Shown in pieces: positions 24,461-37,755 of a DNA stretch of 64,000 nt. The stretch comes from Paraspadella gotoi (Eukaryota > Animalia > Chaetognatha), in assembly GCA_051294375.1 (NCBI GenBank), contig JBJCIZ010000028.1, positions 489,623 through 553,622 of the forward strand, written 5' to 3'. The notes below the pieces were generated by a model that did not search any database, was not told the DNA's origin, and was given only the letters and a program-made list of their open reading frames with translations. The position numbers were made by a program, and so were the translations under genes. Each line of letters starts with the position of its first letter. Position 1 is the stretch's first letter.

Positions 24461-25767
24461 ATGGACGAGGAGCAGGAAGCCGCGGCAGCTGAGGCAGCTG
24501 CTCCGCCGCCGCCGCCGCCGCCTGAAGGGAAAGGTGGCGAGTTTTTGGCTGATGTTGTTGTCGTCGTTGTTCTCGAGAGCTCGACCAAGACATGTTTCAT
24601 ATCTTCTAATTTAAAGCGTTGACGAAATTGGTGTAAGGTAGTAATTAATAATTGTTCTTGTTATAATACTTAATGAAGTAATTTATAAATGTATCGTTAA
24701 TAAGAATATTTAAATATATTTTAATTTTGATATGGTATGTAAAATAAAATATTATTTATTGATTAGTTTAAATATATTTTAATAAACATGTAATATCTAA
24801 ATTATATTTCTCGCAGGAAAAAAAGGAAAGAAGGAAAAAGGAAAGAAGGGGAAGAAAAACAAGGAAGGAGGAGGAGGAGGAGGTGGAGGAGGAGGAGGTG
24901 GAGGAGAAACGGATGGAGAAACAACGGGGGGAGAAGGGGAGGAGGGGCAGTCGACGGAGGGAGAAGAGGCAGAGCCGCCTAAGAAGGGAAAAGGAAAAAA
25001 GGAGAAGAAAGGGAAAAAAGGGAAAAAGTATGAACCTTTAATCTCATTTGCATATTGCGGCGTTTTAATTAAGCATCGTTATATTTTGTTTGCCGTTGGT
25101 TTCGTAAATATCATAACGCTATTGCCTTCTACTTTTTTAATCAAATTAAATTAGTGCTTAATATTTAAATTAAATTCTAGTGAGTAATAGTGAAATTTAA
25201 ATAGTTGAATAGTTAAATTTTTTTCGTTGTTGTTCGATTTGTAGAGAGAAGAGCGACGAGGAGGAGGACGAATTTTTGGAAGGAGAAGAAGGAGAAAAAC
25301 CGAAGAAACCAAAGAAAGAAAAGAAGAAGAAAGGAAAGAAAGGAAAGAAGGAGAAAGTAAATTGATCGGTCTCTCTCTCGCTCTCTGTGTTTTTCTTTCT
25401 CTCTCTCTCTCTCTCTTTCCCTCTTATTTTTTTTCTTTACTCTAGCTCTGTCTCTTTCTCTCCCATTTCCCTCGCTTTTTTTTTCTCTTTCTCTCTTTCT
25501 TTCTTTCTTTCTCTCTTTCTTTCTTTCTTTCCTTCTTTGTTTCTTCATCAACAACATCGACGATCTATTGACCCCTATCCCTAACCCTATCCCGACCCAA
25601 ACTGACCCTTTTCATCCTCCCCCCCCCTTTTTAAATCAGGTCCCGAAGGATCTTCAGTCGAGAGAGGAAGTCGTCGTTGTGAAGAAAGATTCGCTCATGG
25701 AAGCTGGATTTGCCACCGTACAGTTAGTCTTTAGTTTTATTGATTAAGTCATTAATTTATAATGATG

Positions 25768-25847
<80 letters not shown>

Positions 25848-25957
25848 TATAATAATAATAAAAATTACAACATTAAATCAAATACAATTTTAATTCAAAA
25901 ATTGAAAACCAATGGTTTTGGTGAGTGTCCTTCTATCCTGCTTTCTTTAATTTTCTT

Positions 25958-26037
<80 letters not shown>

Positions 26038-26253
26038 CTTAAACACCTTTACTATAAATATCTCCTGTGGTGACATTTGTAAATATTCCCTAATTATGTA
26101 TTTAAAATAGCCTCACAGAAGAAACTCTAGAAATGTATGATTTCTATGGACCGCCGATGCAGCCGCGGCAGCTACCGCTCCCGCCGCTGAAAGGAGGAAA
26201 ACCGGCGCCGCCGCCGCCGCGTGAGAGAGAGAGAGAGAGAGAGGAGGAGAGAG

Positions 26254-26307
<54 letters not shown>

Positions 26308-29300
26308 AGAAGAGAGAGACAGAAAGACCCCCCTCCCCTTTCTCAAACTCATAAACCTCACCTTTTCCCCGCCAAAATATTAAGCTCCGCCGCCGCTGAC
26401 GGGTAAGGAACCGCCGGAGCCGTCCGCTTGGCTGCTGCTGCGGAAGGCGGACGTCGTGAGAGATATTTGGGAAAGAGGGGACATGACTGAGATGTTCCCT
26501 TTGAATGGAATCGTGGATCAGTTCACGGTGTGGCTAAGGGAGGAGGGGTGAGACTGAAAAGCGTGAAATGGCGATTGGAGTGGCGTTTAGAATTAGATGA
26601 AATGGCAATAGGAGTGGCGTTGAGAATGAGATGAAATGGCGATTGGAGTGGCGTTGAGAATTAGATGAAATGGCAATCGGAGTGGCGTTTAGAATGAGAT
26701 GAAATGGTAATAGGAGTGAGGAGAGAATAGAAGTTGAAATGGCAATGAAATGGTGCAGTGTGGAATGGAATGGGATGAATTGGAGTAAAATGTGGCGATA
26801 TAAAGTGAAATGGACTGAAAAAAAGTTAAAAATGACATTGAAATGTTGCTTATCGAAGTAAAAATTAGCTAAAAATGGTTTAAAATGACGAGGAATGGCG
26901 AAAAATGGCGCAGAATGGTAGGAAATCGAAATCACGAAAGAATAATAAAAAAAAATTACTCCATGAAAAAACAAAGACTAGTATTTAAAAATAATATTGA
27001 ATATTTATTGAATGAATTGAAAGGTCATTTATTATAGTATTGGTTGTACCGATCTCATGATAATCACGATAAATTTGAATTAAAACAAAAAAAACCAAAA
27101 AAAACAAAAAACAAATTCTAAACAACTTCCCCTTTTTTTCCGCCAGGAGGAAAACGTTCTCTTCATGACGGAAGCCTTTAAGATCGAAAACGATCGATAC
27201 ATCGCTGAACGAGAAGCGATTCTTTTGGGTAAGTTTTTTTTGGGGGTAAGGACGGGCTTCACATTTGCGAGGTTAGGAGTGAAGAAGTGTAAGTCAAAAT
27301 TGGAGCCAGGGTGGAGGTAGGGTCAAATGCTTTGTATAAAGTGAGTGAGAAAAGTAAAAAAAGAAAGTTTGGTAAGTCGATAGTGAAAGTATTCCAAGAA
27401 ATTCCAAAAGCTTTTTTGTGTCGGTGATTTTCATGATCTTGACTTCTAATTTTTGAACGTTTCATTATACAGTTTGTTTTTTTAATTAGTTCTTAGCATT
27501 CTATTAATGGCTCTATTTTTGACGTTAGTGTCTTTTGTTTGTTTTTTTGTATTTTGTTAATTTAGTTTTTACTTGATTATCGTTTTCCAGTCTTTTAAAA
27601 TATGTGTTAAAATTGTTTTTAAAAAAAAATAACAAACATTTGAGTCGGTGACAACGTGGCAATAGTCAATGGGGAAAAGATAAGTTGGGCCGATCGGGAA
27701 TGGAATCTGCCGATCGGGAAAGCCGATCCTACCTTACCCCTTATCCTCCAGCAGCCAACCTTTTCTTACTTCACCCTTCTCTCTTCCTCTTCCGGCCCAA
27801 CAGGTCTGCCTCCCCCGCCGCCGATAGAAATTCCGCCCAAACCTCCTTCGGTGGAACATCTGCCGGAAGCCGAAGGGGAACAGCCGATCAAGTGATGTGG
27901 TTTGTCTGATTGTCTGTCTGTCTGTCTGTCTTTCTGTCTGTACGAGTTTAAAAACCATGCCTTTATTTTGATTAATACTTGTAAGTTGTTTTTTTTTTTC
28001 AACGACAAGATTTTACACTGAAGAAAAATAATTTCGTCATTAAACAATGTCGTTTTTGAAATAAATATAAACTAGTTTTTGTTAAGAAACAAATCTCCTA
28101 TTGGGGAATTTTGTAATATGCAAATTAGGTTCGAATCGAGGCAAACAGTATTTAACAAATGATCAATCCAATCCAATTTTTGTAATCTTGCAGATACTTG
28201 ATGGTGATGACGGCGGAGAAAAAGGCGGAATTCTTCGCTTCGTTTTACGAAGACAACAGAAAGTGAGAGAGCTGGATAGTGGATACATATATCTCTCTCT
28301 CTCTTTATATATATATATATATATATATATATCTCACACTCTCTCTCAGTTATTTTGTGCTTGTCTTTCTTGCTTTTGCTTTTTTTTTCAGAACTTGATC
28401 CTTCGAGGAAAATAAGCAATTCAAACGTTCGTTGACGCTTAAATATCATTTGCATATTGCCGTGTTCGTTTTTTGTTTGTTTATATTTCCCCCATATTTC
28501 CTTTAAAGCATACGAATTTTTTATTAATTCCATCTTTCTTATCGTGGATTTTAAATATTACGATTAATCGCACTCTCTTTCCCGTTTGGATTTCGCTGAC
28601 GAAAATGTGAATGGCTGATGTTTCACCGACGAATGAGATTCGTCGTCAGTGATTAAAAAAGTGAACCGTCACGAACATGGCAAAATGGTACTAGATATTC
28701 TTTTGCCCTCACTGCAAAAGAGCTTGCCTGATTTGCTATGAGCTAAGAACTATAAACGACTATAGTTTAGAACTATAATGGACTATAGTATAGAATAAAT
28801 AATAAAATTGTTATTCATTGATAAAGATTACAAACTTTAAAATTTATTTATTTCGATTCCATCCACCTTATCTCACAATTTTTCCTTTATTATCTATCTC
28901 AATATCTATCCCCCTATCCCCCCAGATTCAAACCCCCCGAGCCCCGCGTCAAAAAGAAATGGATCCCCAAAGTGAAATGGCCTCTCGTCCCAGGACCCTG
29001 GACTTCCCTCGGCAGCGAGAGAGAAGTTAATCGCCAAGTCTTCGCCTTTCCCGCCTCCGCGGGGTAAGTTGGGCTCTCTTTTCCAATAGAGCCCCATTTC
29101 TGGGTTTTTTTTCTAATACCTGAACATAATCTTAATTATGATATTTAACTTTAATCTGTTTCAAAACACGTAACCCAATTCCTAACCATAATCCTTAACC
29201 CTAATGCTTAACCCCAAACCTAGACCCTAATCGATATTTACTAACCTTAATCCTATTCCCTAATCCATATCCATAACCTAATCCCTTATCCTAATCCTTA

Positions 29301-32300
29301 ACCTATTTCTTAATCCTAATACTTAACCTAATCCCTAATCCTAATCTTAACCTAATCCCTACCATAATCCTTATTTATATCCAGTCTTACCTCCATTCTC
29401 CAAATCTTTTAATCTAAAGAATAACCTCATTTCGAAATTGGGACAAAACTGGGGCTTTTTGGCCACATAAGGCCCGTTCGAGTTCAAAAAATTTGATTTG
29501 AGATATTTAAACAATCGTAATTGTTAATTACGAAAAAAAAATCGTCAGAAATACAATTTTTTTACTCCTATAGTAAAAGCTTTAAATAAAAAAGTTATCT
29601 TTATTCAAGTAAAGATTTACATTCCTCATAAAACGGATTGGCCCGACCTGGTGTAACCAATCGGCTATCGGGATAAAGACCCAAACATTAAAGACTATAA
29701 GAGTTCACAATTAAGTAGATAAACACTAAACATGCGCCCCTAAAAAATAACGAATACCTCGTCGAAACGTTTAAACTTTCTCGTAATTATAATTTTAAAT
29801 ATCGACTCTCAACAATTCTGGCCAAAAAAATTATATTCAGGGTCGAAGCGAGGGCAAAGAAAAGGAGTGAGGGAATTATCTGAAGTTCGAGATGACGCTA
29901 CAGATGATTGGTTTTCTTGTCTCTCTTCTCCCTTCGGTTTGGCAGATGGTTTTTTGTCTGTTGTCTCCCCGTTTGTTTATAAAGACTGTATAATTTTCGT
30001 CTCTCATTTGCGGGCAGTGCAGATGATTTATGAAAAATCATTTGCTTTAAGCGCGGATGAAGTTTTCGATCATCTATCCGGCCAGTACAGATGATTTTTT
30101 CAGTCTCTTCTGCCAGTACAGATGATTTCTTCCCATCTCTACCGCCAATACAGAAGATTTCTCCCGTCTGTATCGCTCTCTCTCTCATTGAATGGCGACG
30201 TAGACGATCAAGTAGAGAATCGCGTGAAAAGCTACGATTCCGACGAAAGCGCAGACGACGATGATTCCCGTCGTCTTCCACCATCTGTGGATAGAGGGAT
30301 AGAGGGATAGAGAGAGATATAGATATAGAGAGAGATAGAGATGGAGTTAGAGACGGGAAAATAGAAGATGAAGATGGGGTGATGATTTGAGTTTCGAGTT
30401 AGAGGATAGAGAAAAAAGGTTGAGAGATATGGATAGGGAAAGATAAGGATAGAGATGAGATGGGATATAAAGATTGGATAGAGACATTGGGTAGAGATGA
30501 GACATTGAGTCAAAGTTAAACATTGGACATAAAGATATAGAAGGGATAAAAAATTAAAGTTATAGTTAAAGTTAGTTATAGGTGGAAAATAGACTTTCTC
30601 TCTCTCCCTTCCTCATTATACTCTCTCTCCCTCCCTCTTTCTCCTCTCTCCCTCTCTCTCTCTCTTCCTCATTATACTCTCTCTCCCCCCCCTGAAAACC
30701 TCTTGCACGCCCCGGCTATCCTCCTCCATCGCCCCTTCGGCAGCCGCTGCGCCGCCGCCGCCGCCGCCGCCGCCGCCTTTTTTCTCTTCTTCTTCCTCTT
30801 CCTCATCCTCTCCGCCCTCTTCTTCTCCCTCTTCCTCCTCGCCGTCTTTTTCTTCTTCTTGCCAGCGGCGGAGGCGACTGAGGCGGCTGGCGCTGCCGCT
30901 GACGCGGAGGCACCGACAAAGACTTTGGTTTTGACCGCGAGCCGGTAGCGCTCTCGTAGGTGCCTGGCCGCCTGGATTGGAAAGGGGGAAGACCGTGGGA
31001 GGCAGGGGAGGAGAGAGAGAGAGGGAAGGGAAAAGGGAGGGAGAGAGAGGAGATGGAGAGGAGAGAGAAGGGAGAGAGGGAGAAGGAGAGGGAGCAAAAG
31101 GACGGGAGTGAGAGAGCAAGGGAGGGGAGAGGACGAGAGCAGGCGGAGAGAGGAGGGAGAGGGAGAAAAGGAGTGCGGAGAGAGGGAGAGGGACGAGGAG
31201 AGGGAAGAGCAGAGAATAAGGGGGGAGAGAGGGGAGGGGGAGAGAGGTCAGGGGATGAACGGAGTGGAGGAGGGAGACAAGCAGAGGGAGGGGAGTGAGA
31301 GGATGAGAGGCAGGGGGAGAGAGGTGAGGGAGAGGGAGGAAAAAGGAGGAGGGCAGAGAGCGGAGGGGAGGGAAAGAGGAGCAGGGGGAGAGAGAGGAGA
31401 GCTGAGAAGGAGAAAGCGAGGGAGAGAGGGAGGGAGGAGATGAAAGAAATGGAGAAGAGGCAGGCGGAAGAGAGAGGGAGGAGAAGAAGATGGAGAAAAG
31501 CGAGTGAGGGAGAGAGGGAGCGTGGAGAGGAATGAGAGCAGGGGGCTGAGATGAGGGAGGAGAAGGGTGAGAAAAGGAGGAGGGAGAGAGGGGAGGGGAG
31601 AGGAGAGAGCAGGGGGAGAGACGGGAGGCGAGAGGGGAGAAAGGGGAGGAGAGAGGAGGGAGAGGAGAGAGAGGCGGTGAGAGAGGGAGGAGAGGAGAAA
31701 AGGAGAGGGAGAGAGGGAGCGGGAGAGGAGTAGAGCAGGGGCGGAGAGGGAGGGATGAGGGAAGAAAAGGGAGGAGGAGAGAGGGAGGGGAGAGGAGAGA
31801 GCAGGGGGAGAGAGGGAGGGAGAGGGAGTAAAGGAGGGGGATGAGAGGAGGGAGAGGAGAGAGCAGGGGGAGAGGAGGAGAGGGAGAAAAGGAGGAGGGA
31901 GGAGGAGGGAGAGAGAGAGCGAGGGGGAGGAGAGGAGGGAGAGGAGAAAAGGAGGAGGAAGAGGAGGAGAGGAGAGATGCAGGGAGAAGAGGAGGTAGAG
32001 GGAGAAAAGGAGGAGGGAGGAAGAGGGAGGGGAGAGGAGAGAGCAGGGGAGAGAGAGGAGGGAGAGGAGAGAAAGGAGAGGAGAGAGGGAGGGAGAGGAT
32101 GAGAGCAGGGGAGAGAGTGGAGGGAAGAGGGGAGAAAAGGAGGAGGGAGAGAGGGAGGGGAGAGGAGAGAGCAGGGGGAGAGAGGGAGGGAGAGGGAGAA
32201 AAGGAGGAGGGAGAGAGGGGGGAGAGGAGAGAGCAGGGGGACGAGGGGAGAGGAGAGTGAGAAAAGGAGGAGGGAGAGAGGGAGGGGAGGAGGGAGAGAG

Positions 32301-34714
32301 AGTGGGGAGGAGAGGCGAGAAGGAGAGAGAAAGAGGAGAGAGGGGGAGAGCAGGGAGAAAAAAGGAGAAAAAGAGGTGAGAGAGGAGGGAGACTTTGGGG
32401 AAAGGAGTATGAGGAGAGGGAGGAAAGGGAGAGCAGGGAAGGAGAGAGGGGGAGGAGGAACGGCGTCGAAAGAAAGAGAGAGAGAGAGAGAGAAGAGAGA
32501 TGAGAGATAGAGAGAGAGAGAGAGAGGAAAGAGGGAGGAGGAGAAAGGAGGAAGAGGAGAAAGGAAGGGGGAAATGAGAAAGAAGGTGTGACGAAAAATG
32601 AGAGACGACGACGACAACGACGACGACGACGACGACGACCTATATGATGATAATGTCAATCATAATAAAATGACAATATAATGACAAGATATTGACATTT
32701 AGTTCGTCCCTCTCACCCTTTTTCCTTCTATGTTCTCCGTGTTTGTGTTTCTCACGAAGTTGCTGCAAGTTGCGGCCGGAAGTCGCCGACGCAGCCGAAG
32801 CCGCAGCCGGAGCAGCCGCAGCCGAAGCCGCCGCTGCGGCAGCCGCTTTCTTTTTGACTCTGTCTCTCTTTTCCTTCTCGTCCTCTTTCTCCACCCTTCG
32901 TCTCTCTCTCTCGATCACTGCCTCCCAATCCTCCATTTCTCTGTCTCGTCTGTCTCGCTCTCTCTCTCTCTCTCTCGCTAGAATGAGCGAAACGATGGCG
33001 TTGTTGTTGTTGTTGTTGTTGTTGTCGTCGTCGTCGTCGTCGTCGCGAGCGTCCGCGACCTCGTCTTCATTATCGTCGTCGTCGTCGTCGTCGTCCTTAT
33101 TTTAATATTTCGCTTTTTTATCAATTTATTTATTTTTAAAGTCGTATACTCGATTTTTAAGACGAACGAGTAATCAGAGCGTGACTTTTTAACTAAGCGA
33201 TTCGAATTTTTTTTTAAAATTAAACTAGGAGTCTACGTCGTTCTTAGAAATCGAGGAAGACTTTTTCAATGGAGATTTTCGTTAAAATCTGACTACCAAA
33301 TAATGTCAACGCCCCTGGGAAAAATTCAGGTAAAAAACAGATGTAAAAACACTCGATTCCGATCCTGTTGCATCTGAAGGGCTCGCATTTTTTTTCTCTT
33401 GACAAATAACCATCATTTTGACATCAAACCATCAGATTCAAATGGACTGGTCCGCTCGGGAAAATATTTTCGACGCAATTTTTATATATAAAATAAAGGG
33501 ATTTCTCAACTTCAATACAATGTCAACGCATTTAACATATGTTGTGATTTTACAATAAACTTCAAATTCAGGAATCCGATAGCCATATGTCTGAAGGGCT
33601 CTCAAAATTTTTCTTTACATTTTATTTGGTTATTTTGATATGATACGATCATGGTAAAGTGAATTAGTCCATTTTGGTGAAATTTTTATTTAAAGTAAAA
33701 GTAAAAGAGGAGCTAACGATCGGAATTCTAAGAGTTTTCAACCGGGAGTCAGATTCGGGAAAAATCTTCTATGGCGAAAATCTTCCAAAGAAGGGGTCAA
33801 TTTTCCAAATATTTTGGTTAATATTTTCTATATTTATGGTAGGATTTTTTTTAAACTTAATATTAACAATATTGCCATCATTCTACCTTGGCCGGTATAA
33901 GAATATATTAAAAAAACCTCTGGCTTTGTTCGTCAGAGCTTAGTCCTAATTAAGCTGATTTTAAACAAAGTTGTGGCATAATAACAAAAATAGAATTCAT
34001 TTTGGCTAAAGAAAAGTCTTGACGGGCAAAGGTGTGTTCACTGTTCAGTCTTCCATCCTTATTGCAGGATATAATGTCATTGAAAGACCCTGGAAGTTTT
34101 CAATCAAGAGTCTCTCCCTATCTATCTAATATATCTAATATATCTATCTAACTCATGTAATATCTGGCTTCGTTTTCAACGAAAGGGGGGTATGAATAAT
34201 ATGAAATTGGTACAACCGATATAAAAATTGTTCATTTATTTAATAAATAGACTATCTCGCCCCTGACTTTGGACAAGCTTTGGTGGTTTAAGGCCTCCAT
34301 CACTCTTACAAGATAATGACATAGCAGGTCCCTGCAAGCTTTCAATCAAGACTCTCTCACAGTCTCGTTTATTCACTCCCTGAGTACCTGGCTTCCCTAT
34401 CAATGAAATGGTATAATATTTCAAATAATGTTTCAATTTTTATTAAAATAATTAAAAGGCCACTCCCAACTTTTATATTACATTACATATTAACTCAATC
34501 TTTCCCAAACCTTCATTGGTCGTAATCATACCCCTTCACTCACTCTCTCTCTCCCACTCTCTCTCCCATTCAGCGCAATGAAGTGGGTCTACAAGAAGAA
34601 GCTGTTCGTAGGGATGCACTTGACGAGCCTCTCCACTTGTAACGCGGAGGATCTGAAGGACGGATATCTCAATTGCGTCCTCAAGACGGCGAAGGTTTGA
34701 TGGAGGGGGGGGGA

Positions 34715-34777
<63 letters not shown>

Positions 34778-36233
34778 AAATTAAAGAAAGTAGGATAGAA
34801 GGAAACTAACCAAAAAAGCAAAGAATCAACTCAAAGGAAAAAAAAACAAAGGACAAAGGATAAACGAATAAATGTCTAAATGAACGAATAAATGAACGAA
34901 TGAATGACTAAATGAATGTCTAAATGAATGTCTAAATGAACGAATAAATAAACGAATGAATGTCTAAATGAACGAATAAATTAACGAATGAATGTCTAAA
35001 TGAACGAATAAATGAACGAATGTCTAAATGAATGTCTAAATGAACGAATAAATGAACAAATGAATGTCTAAATGAACGAATAAATTAACGAATGAATGTC
35101 TAAATGAACGAATGAATGTCTAAATGAACGAATAAATGAACGAATGAATGTCTAAATGAACGAATAAATGAACGAATGAATGTCTAAATGAATGTCTAAA
35201 TGAACAAATGAAGGTCTAAATGAATGTCTAAATGAACGAATGAATGTCTAAATGAACGAATGAATGTCTAAATGAATGTCTAAATGAACGAATGAATGTC
35301 TAAATGAATGTCTAAATGAACGAATGAATGTCTAAATGAATGTCTAAATGAACGAATGAATGTCTAAATGAACGAATAAATGAACGAATGAATGTCTAAA
35401 TGAATGTCTAAATGAACGAATGAATGTCTAAATGAATGTCTAAATGAACGAATGAATGTCTAAATGAACGAAAAAATGAACGAATGAATGTCTAAATGAA
35501 TGTCTAAATGAACGAATGAATGTCTCAATGAATGAATTTCTCATTTCTAACAACGAATTTTCAAGGACGACGCTTATTCGGAGGAGGAGGAGGAAGAGGA
35601 GGCGGCGGATGCGAAACCAACGGGTGAACGACATTCATTCATTCGTTCGTTCTTTCATTAGTTCATTCATTTATACTCATAATCATTCATGAAATCGTTG
35701 ATTTATTCAGTAATAAAATAACCCATTCATTTAACCGTTTAACTCATTCATTATGCATTATTCATCTATTTTTTATTTATTCATTCAGTTATATTCATAA
35801 TCATTCATGCAATCGTTCTTTTCGTCATTTGTTAAATTCATTCATTTATGCTTGCATTCATTGATTTATTTATTCATTTAATCATTCATTCGTTCGTTCA
35901 TTTATTCAATCCTTCATACATTTCTGGATTTTTTTGGGCTATGTTTGCTATTTCGTGCTTTATTCCGCTCCACTAACTTATCGATGGCTTTCTCCCGCAA
36001 CTGCTTGTACGGCTTACTCACTGCTTGTCTGCCCGTGCTTTCCCCACTACCCCCTAAGGCCCGGCCGAAGCCAATCTAGTAACCAAGCTACGCGATCTCG
36101 AGGCGGAAGAGCAGCCGATCTTCGACATGGAAAAGAATCTCGCTTGGCCCAAGTTGGTCGACAGGGTGATCCAGAATTCCGTGCAGTCGCTCGACGTTGC
36201 CGCTCAGCCGGAGAGATGAGAGAGAGAGAGCAG

Positions 36234-36314
<81 letters not shown>

Positions 36315-37715
36315 CGAGAAAAGAGAGGAGAGAGAGAAGAGAGAGATAGAAAGAGAGAGAGAGAAGAGAGAGAGTGATCAAGTCGTGATCAGAATTCCGT
36401 GCAGTCGCTCGACGTCGCCGCTCAGGTCTAAGAGAGAGAGTAGATAATTTTTTTCCTTCCACGATCGCGAATTTAATGACTCCGACTTCCGACCACTCCA
36501 TTCCGACTTTCTATCCCATCCCTCCGACCTCTCAATCTCATAACTCCGACCACAAATCTTTCTTCTCCAACATCCCATCCCTTCCCTCGAACATCCCAAT
36601 CCTAAAACTGGGACCTAACCAAAGTAACCATTAACCAACCTACCACTCCGACCTCCCATTCCCACCGACCCTTCTTAATCCCTCAATATCTCCAAGCTAA
36701 CCTTTCCTTCCCACCACTCCGACTTGCAACTCCCTCACTCCGACCTCCCAATCCCACCGCTCCGACCTCCCCATTCCCTCAACTTTAACCATCTAATCTC
36801 ACCACACCGACCTCCAAATCCCGACCGCCAGGCCTCCGAGGGTCTCAAGCTGAACTTCAACCAACAAACGGAGCCTCAGATTATGGAAGACGAGAAAGCG
36901 GATCTCTACATGAAGCATCCCCGGTTGAAGAAGGTCCTCAATAATTATTGGCCCCTGCTCAACACGAGCCTCTTGCAACGGTGAGAGCGTTTGTCGATGT
37001 CGTTGTTGTTGTTTCATTTGTGGTTGTCGATGTTATAACGGTTGTGGTTCGTTGTGGTCGCTGTCGTGGTCGTTGTTGCTGTTTCGTTGGACGGTTGTTT
37101 TTGTTGTTGTTGCAGTTTTTCTGATTGTTGTTTTTGCAATTGTTTTCGTGATTGTTGTGAATGATGAGGTAGATGTTGGTGCGTCGTCTTCCGCTACAGC
37201 AATAACGACATCGAATATAGAATATCAAAACCACGAAGTCAACATTGATAAAAATACCGTCATCTTCTAAAAGTCGACAAGAACAAAAACTTAAACAAAC
37301 TTTAACAGAGACGATGAAAAAAAAACAGCAGCAATTATGTGCACAACAGCAATAACAACAACAATAACACTTTGGGAGAGACTTGATTGAAAGCTTGCTG
37401 GGACCTGCTATGTCATGTGATGGAGGCCTGAAAACCAGCAAAGCCTGTCCAAAGTCAGGGGGCAAGATAGCTTATTTATTGAATGAAGAGATCATTTTTT
37501 TTGTATTGGTTGTACCAATCGGTCCTTTGTGCCACCCCCCTTTCTTCAGCACTCTCGCGGATTCTCATCGCGACGATTGGCGGGAATTAGACGACACTTT
37601 GGCTCACGACCTCATGGAGATAAGCGGGAGTTCGAGAAGGCTCAGAAGGTAGAATGTGTGGTCTCTCGTCTCTCTACGTTGCTACTCTTCTCTCTCTCTC
37701 TCTCTGCTCTCTCTC

Positions 37716-37755
<40 letters not shown>

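Noticed and set aside
29841-29866. Extra DNAI3 microexon (AG...GT flanked)
   Set aside because: Inclusion breaks the phase 2-2 join between 29063 and 34574, which is already in frame.
30803-32659. 618-aa S/L/P-rich ORF, and similar long ORFs over GA/CT tracts or N gaps
   Set aside because: Purine/pyrimidine low-complexity sequence and N runs lack stop codons by composition; no domain signal.
37550-37648. Frameshift implying that DNAI3 is a pseudogene
   Set aside because: A single indel next to visibly error-prone sequence; the other clean exons are open and phase-consistent.
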